DNA of 64,000 bases from Eledone cirrhosa (lineage: Eukaryota): positions 25,358,001 through 25,422,000 of the forward strand of contig OZ024762.1 of assembly GCA_964016885.1 (NCBI GenBank). Direction: 5' to 3'. A program made the position numbers and the translations under genes. The notes below the pieces were generated by a model that was given only the letters and a program-made list of their open reading frames with translations, was not told where the DNA came from and made no database searches. Within the stretch, counting starts at the first letter, position 1; every line of letters starts with the position of its first letter. Below are positions 58,260 to 64,000 of the stretch, in pieces.

Positions 58260-59220
58260 TGAAACCGGAACTCACCCACTCACGGATCGAGTTTCCTAGT
58301 TCCAATGAATAGTACTCCTTCCATTTATCTCTATCTAGCATTATCACTCCAAGATCCGTTAACTTTCCTTCCGTGTCAGCATACAGCATATCTAGATACG
58401 TTGTTACAGGACGGCCTCTACTTCTATGACCGTGTGCAAGCGTCCATAACAGAACACGGCTGAGACACTCGTTTATGTCGAGCAAAACATATCCTTCTTA
58501 GTTGAAAAATATCCGACACGAGAGGACTTCCCAGATAGAGTTCTCCATTTGTGACTCTCTGTCGCCAAGATATGTTGAAAGCGTGTCTCATGAGCCCCGT
58601 ATAACATCCATTTAGTCTTTTTTATGAGGGTTTAAGCGTCCATGCTTTCAACCGGTAGAGTAACACACTTTTAACTGTGGATTTGAAGAACATACGCTTT
58701 AGTCTCCTTGAGAGAGATGATTGCCATATTTGTTTAATTTTTGTTTATGGCCAACCATGTTAGGGCTTTTCTGAGGTCCCGCAAAATGTATCCATCTTAT
58801 ACGAAGAATATCGGGGGACTAACCAGATAGAGTTGTGATTCTCTGTCGGCAAGATATAGTAGCAGCGTGTCTCATGAGTCTAGTGTAATATTAAGTTATT
58901 GTGGATTGGCAGTATCGATAGAGGGTCGGACGCCATACTTTGACGCATAGAGTTACGGCCCTTGCCATTCTGAGTTCAAATCACGCCGTGGTTAACTTTG
59001 CCTTTCATCCTTACGGGGGTAGATAAAATAAAGTACCAGTAATGCACTGGTTAATTGCTGCCCTTGTGCCAAATGTAGAAACAATTATTAAATATTTTTT
59101 TTTTTAGGGTTTTTATTAAGCGTCCATTATTCTGAGCCATAGAGAAACACACATTCAAATGTGGCTTTGAAGTACAGACGCTTTAGTCTTCTCCAGACGG
59201 GATGACTGCCATATTTTGTT
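58260..59220 (-). mobile_element. Rearranged RTE-type LINE 3' fragments with a nested SINE (58900-59088, +)
   Basis: RVLLW..HGHRSRGRP..Y.D.L.ADT..MLDRDKW; internal duplications at ~58820-58890 and ~59105-59220. Confidence 0.75.
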
Positions 59221-59685
59221 AAGAAACCGGAACAAAATGGCTGGAAAGTTAACATTTTAACAGCACAGCATGATCAGACAGTAGCACAGCACAAATAGAG
59301 ATAGGTGCCACCCGGGACGTGGCGGGGGAGCCAGCAGTTTACCCACACCAACTATACAAAAGATACAGCATACTGCAAAATAACTTTTAAAGCCATAATC
59401 ACTTAAAAGAGACGCCTGGGGCAAACAGAGCACTTACTGAACCAGCCAATACCAAACATCATCACACAAACATATCTATCCAGCTACTTTAATGTGACCA
59501 CGCATGCGTCAATAGAATTAAGTATAACGAAACACTTTGGGTATAGTGTTTAGCAACGATTGGTCTGTTCTACTTCCGATGTTTTATGAAACAACGCATC
59601 CGAGTGAGATATTTATCTCGCTCAATCGGCCGCTAACTTATAGCTGGATTACGATCACTATATACACACGCACAAACAGTGATAC

Positions 59686-59766
<81 letters not shown>

Positions 59767-59858
59767 CGCAGACAGACTGATACACACACACACCCAGACT
59801 GACATATACACAAACTGACACACACACAAACAGACTGACACACACGTATATAGATATA

Positions 59859-59976
<118 letters not shown>

Positions 59977-60194
59977 TTGGAATAGAATGAAACGAAATTT
60001 CATTTCTCACTCTTAGTACGGCACTTACTATATATATATATATATATATAATCAAACATATACATACATGTGTTCATATGTACATATATATATATATACA
60101 CACACACACATATATGTATTTACACACATACATAAGTATATTAATTCTCTATATATATATACACACACATATATATATATACACACACACGCAC

Positions 60195-60226
<32 letters not shown>

Positions 60227-60482
60227 GCCTATATATATATATATGTATGTATTTTTATATATATAAGCTAATGTATGTGTGGATTTATATGATTAATCAG
60301 AAATTCTAAAAGAGGGCACTTGGTTTAAATATTCTATATTGTACACTCTCAAGGGTGTATACGCAAGAATGCTCTCTTGCGTATAAGGGACGTAATGGAA
60401 CTACGGTAGCTCATTGCTCCTAGACATTTTTGTATAGAAAACGTGACAAAGGTTTGTTACGCCTTATTAATCAGCTACATTA

Positions 60483-60542
<60 letters not shown>

Positions 60543-60709
60543 GTAATATATATATATATAGTAATATATATATATATATATATAGAGATGGATAGATAGA
60601 TAAAGATATGTTTGTAGATATATATATGTATATATATACGCACGCGCGCGCACACGTGTGTTTGTGTGTGTAGTAATATATATATATAGTAATATATATA
60701 TATATATTT

Positions 60710-60767
<58 letters not shown>

Positions 60768-60962
60768 ACTATATTCATATAAATGTATGAATGGGTGTCA
60801 ATAAATACACAGACACATATATACACACACACACGCAAAAGCACACACACACACACACATACACATACACATATATATATATATATATATATAAATAAAC
60901 AAGAAGGAGGGATAGAGAAAAATATAGACAGAGTCACACAGAGACAGATATACATATAGATA

Positions 60963-61041
<79 letters not shown>

Positions 61042-61407
61042 AGTAATATATATATATAGTAATATATATGATAGATAGATGGATAGATAAAAATATGTTT
61101 GTAGATATAGATATATATACGCGCGTGTGCACATGTGTGTGTGTGTGTGTGTGTGTAGTAATATATATATATATAGTAATATATATATATATATAGATAT
61201 GTTTCTTTTATATATATATATAGATAGATGGATAGATGGATAAAGATATGTTTGTAGATATATATGTGTATATATATATACGCGCGTGTGTGTGTGTATG
61301 TGTGTGTCTCTGTACAGGTATAGGAATATATGTATATATTTGTGTATGTGCTTGTGTAGATATAGGATAGGGATATATATATATATATATACATTTATAT
61401 ATATATG

Positions 61408-61442
<35 letters not shown>

Positions 61443-61453
61443 GTGTGTGTATA

Positions 61454-61534
<81 letters not shown>

Positions 61535-61896
61535 GAATGCGGAAAGTGGGTGAGGGTATTGCTGTATGCCTTGGAGGTGCCTAAATCGATACGACATAAA
61601 TCTGTTTTCCATAGAAATATATTAGTTGAAAACAATAGTCTATAGAGAAATATACGTCTACGGTTACTGGGTTACTTGTAATTCGGTATCTTAAGTTCAT
61701 ATCTCAGCAGAGCTCGGCTGAATGGATGAACTAATATGAAGTGTTTATTCTAAACAGTTTGTTCGCCTTTATTTAGCTCTAGGTGTGATAGGTATGATCA
61801 GATAGACAGGTAAATATGTAAGATGAACACATAAAAAATATATATATATATGAAAAAGAACACAAGAGCGTCTACAAAATCAAAAGATTTTTATTG

Positions 61897-61941
61897 GCTT
61901 ACAATGTTTCTTCCTTACGTAACCGTAGGATTCGTCAGAGC
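61897..61941 (-). ncRNA. Type I hammerhead ribozyme with intact core
   Basis: GCT-CTGACGA-ATCCTACG(gtta)CGTAAGGAA-GAAACATTGTA-AGC, followed by AATAAA. Confidence 0.8.
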
Positions 61942-62228
61942 TATAAAAGGGGTTTGATTGGTGTTATGGACTCTACCAACCAAACATTCAAGAACAAAGA
62001 GTAAAGAGAGTAAAGAGCAAAAGTAGGGGACGATAAGTCTAATTTTGGTGCGGGAATATGTTAATTCAAAATATTAACAAAATAGATATTCTTGTGATCA
62101 ATTATATTTTATTATACATATTTCAGATGTACTGAGTTAAGTTCAACAGTACGACCTCATCAGATAAAATAAAGTGATACATGACATACCCTGACATAGT
62201 AGATGGTTAAGATTCAGTCAAGGTAGTC

Positions 62229-62490
<262 letters not shown>

Positions 62491-62684
62491 TTGCTCTACG
62501 GTTCTTATATATTTGATAGATATTTATCCTTATCGAGCCCCCTTTGGAATTTAGTCTTCAAATTTATTATTATTACTATATATATATATATAACGAAGGA
62601 ATTGTGGTAAGGAACCAGGTGGACCGTAACGCCCAAGAGTACTCAATACTTAGGGTAGTAGAGTGGGTAATAGGAAAAGGTATG

Positions 62685-62780
62685 ACCCTGACGGCAGAGC
62701 TCAAGCCGTTTCGACGGCTTTTTCTGGACTAAATTAGAATTTTTAGCCTGGTAAATAAATAGCCGAACTTATCAAGGGGT
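62685..62780 (-). ncRNA. Hammerhead ribozyme, U3-A8 variant with long stems II and III
   Basis: ACCCC-TTGATAA-GTTCGGCT..AGCCGTC-GAAACGGC(ttgagctct)GCCGTC-AGGGT. Confidence 0.75.
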
Positions 62781-64000
62781 AGTTCCTTATATGGGAAGAT
62801 TGTAATTGTCAAGAGGATTTGTCAAAATGTGTTGTAAAGACAAATAAATCTATCATGGCATTTGGTGGGAGGTAGCGGTGGCTAAACTTGCCAGTAGACC
62901 AAAGAAGGAGTGAGTAAAGCCAGTCAGGCGTTGAAAGTGAAATCTATACAGCAGATTCTAGGGATAGTGTATGAAAAGTCAAAAAATTGTTCTGGAGAAA
63001 AGGAGGGGGGGGGGGGGAGTTTAAAAAATAGGTAAGTCGAATAGGAGTGGGAAGCAATGAAAATAAAAAATAAATAAATATATATATATATATATATATA
63101 TTTATTTATTTATTTGTTGCAAACATAGATTAAACTCAACGTTTAAATATAAATTTAAATTTAAAATGTAGTATATTTAGTTTGATTTATGTTTATATGG
63201 GAAACTATCGGATAAATCTTTGATTCCTTCTTTTTATTCTTTTTATTTTTTATTTTTATTTTTATTTTATTTTTATTTAAACATTCCTCATGAAAAATTA
63301 AGCTACCCTAAAAGCTGATGCTCCAAATATTTTGAATAAACCTTACACTAGATAAACTTCTATATTAAATATAAGAACACATGTAGACCAAATTGAGCAT
63401 CATAAACTTTTTGAAATGATCTTTGCTTGATGTGATTTGATAGATAATTTTTGGCTTTGTCTGTTTTTCGACTCTGATGCTTATAATGAACTTGGCAATA
63501 TATTGTCAATTAATTTTGAAGGGTTGATCTTTGTGGTTTATTTTTATTTTTATTATTGTAGTATTTTCTAATATTTTTTATTTTTATTTTTATTTTTATT
63601 TTTAATATCTTTAATATGTACATTTTTTAATATGTAATATTTTTAATATGTAATATTCTTTCGTAATATTTTTTTTTTTTTTAGTTTTCTATTTTCTATT
63701 TTATTATTACTTATTATTATTATTGTTATTTTTTTAGTTTTGTTTCTGATATATATTTTTATTAGTATATTGAAATCTGCTCTCTATTTCTGCTTGATAG
63801 ATAATCTTGTAGAGTAAAGACAGGAATAAGATTACACATATATGTATACTCAAATTTTTATACCACATTGAGAATGTTTTCCGTGAACTTAGAGTTTGCA
63901 GAGTTGATCATGTGGATTCACATGGATGTTTGTAGCTATCACATAAACATATGAATTTTTTTAAAAAACTAAACATAAGATAATTAATTTTCACACACTA

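Noticed and set aside
63290-64000. Possible decayed GIY-YIG upstream of the 62685 HHR on the minus strand
   Set aside because: Only a weak IIYQAEI-like motif with many stops; plausible from position but unsupported.

Overview
Eukaryotic, very AT-rich and microsatellite-saturated DNA. The SINE repertoire and (TA)n/(CA)n/(GA)n density resemble a cephalopod (Octopus-like) genome; this is an inference. No host protein-coding exon can be supported, and almost all listed ORFs are translations of simple repeats. The window is a retroelement graveyard: two large Penelope-like elements (PLEs; RT plus C-terminal GIY-YIG) with inverted pseudo-LTRs, a further PLE 3' fragment, one 5'-truncated R4/Dong-like RLE LINE with an apparent 18-bp TSD, several RTE-type LINE fragments (two with 5' inversions), many tRNA-derived SINEs and mariner MITEs. 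The main hidden structure is about 20 hammerhead-ribozyme (HHR) motifs from many unrelated sequence families. They sit in short non-coding islands between (TA)n tracts, often as fold-back palindromes or tandem copies, and mostly have self-complementary stem III (dimer-type PLE HHRs). Three unrelated families carry the compensatory U3-A8 core (UUGAnAA). One locus (27531-27601) has all HHR parts in a non-circularly permuted order. Several fold-backs turn around inside HHR stem II. All structures were folded by eye; none was computed or tested.
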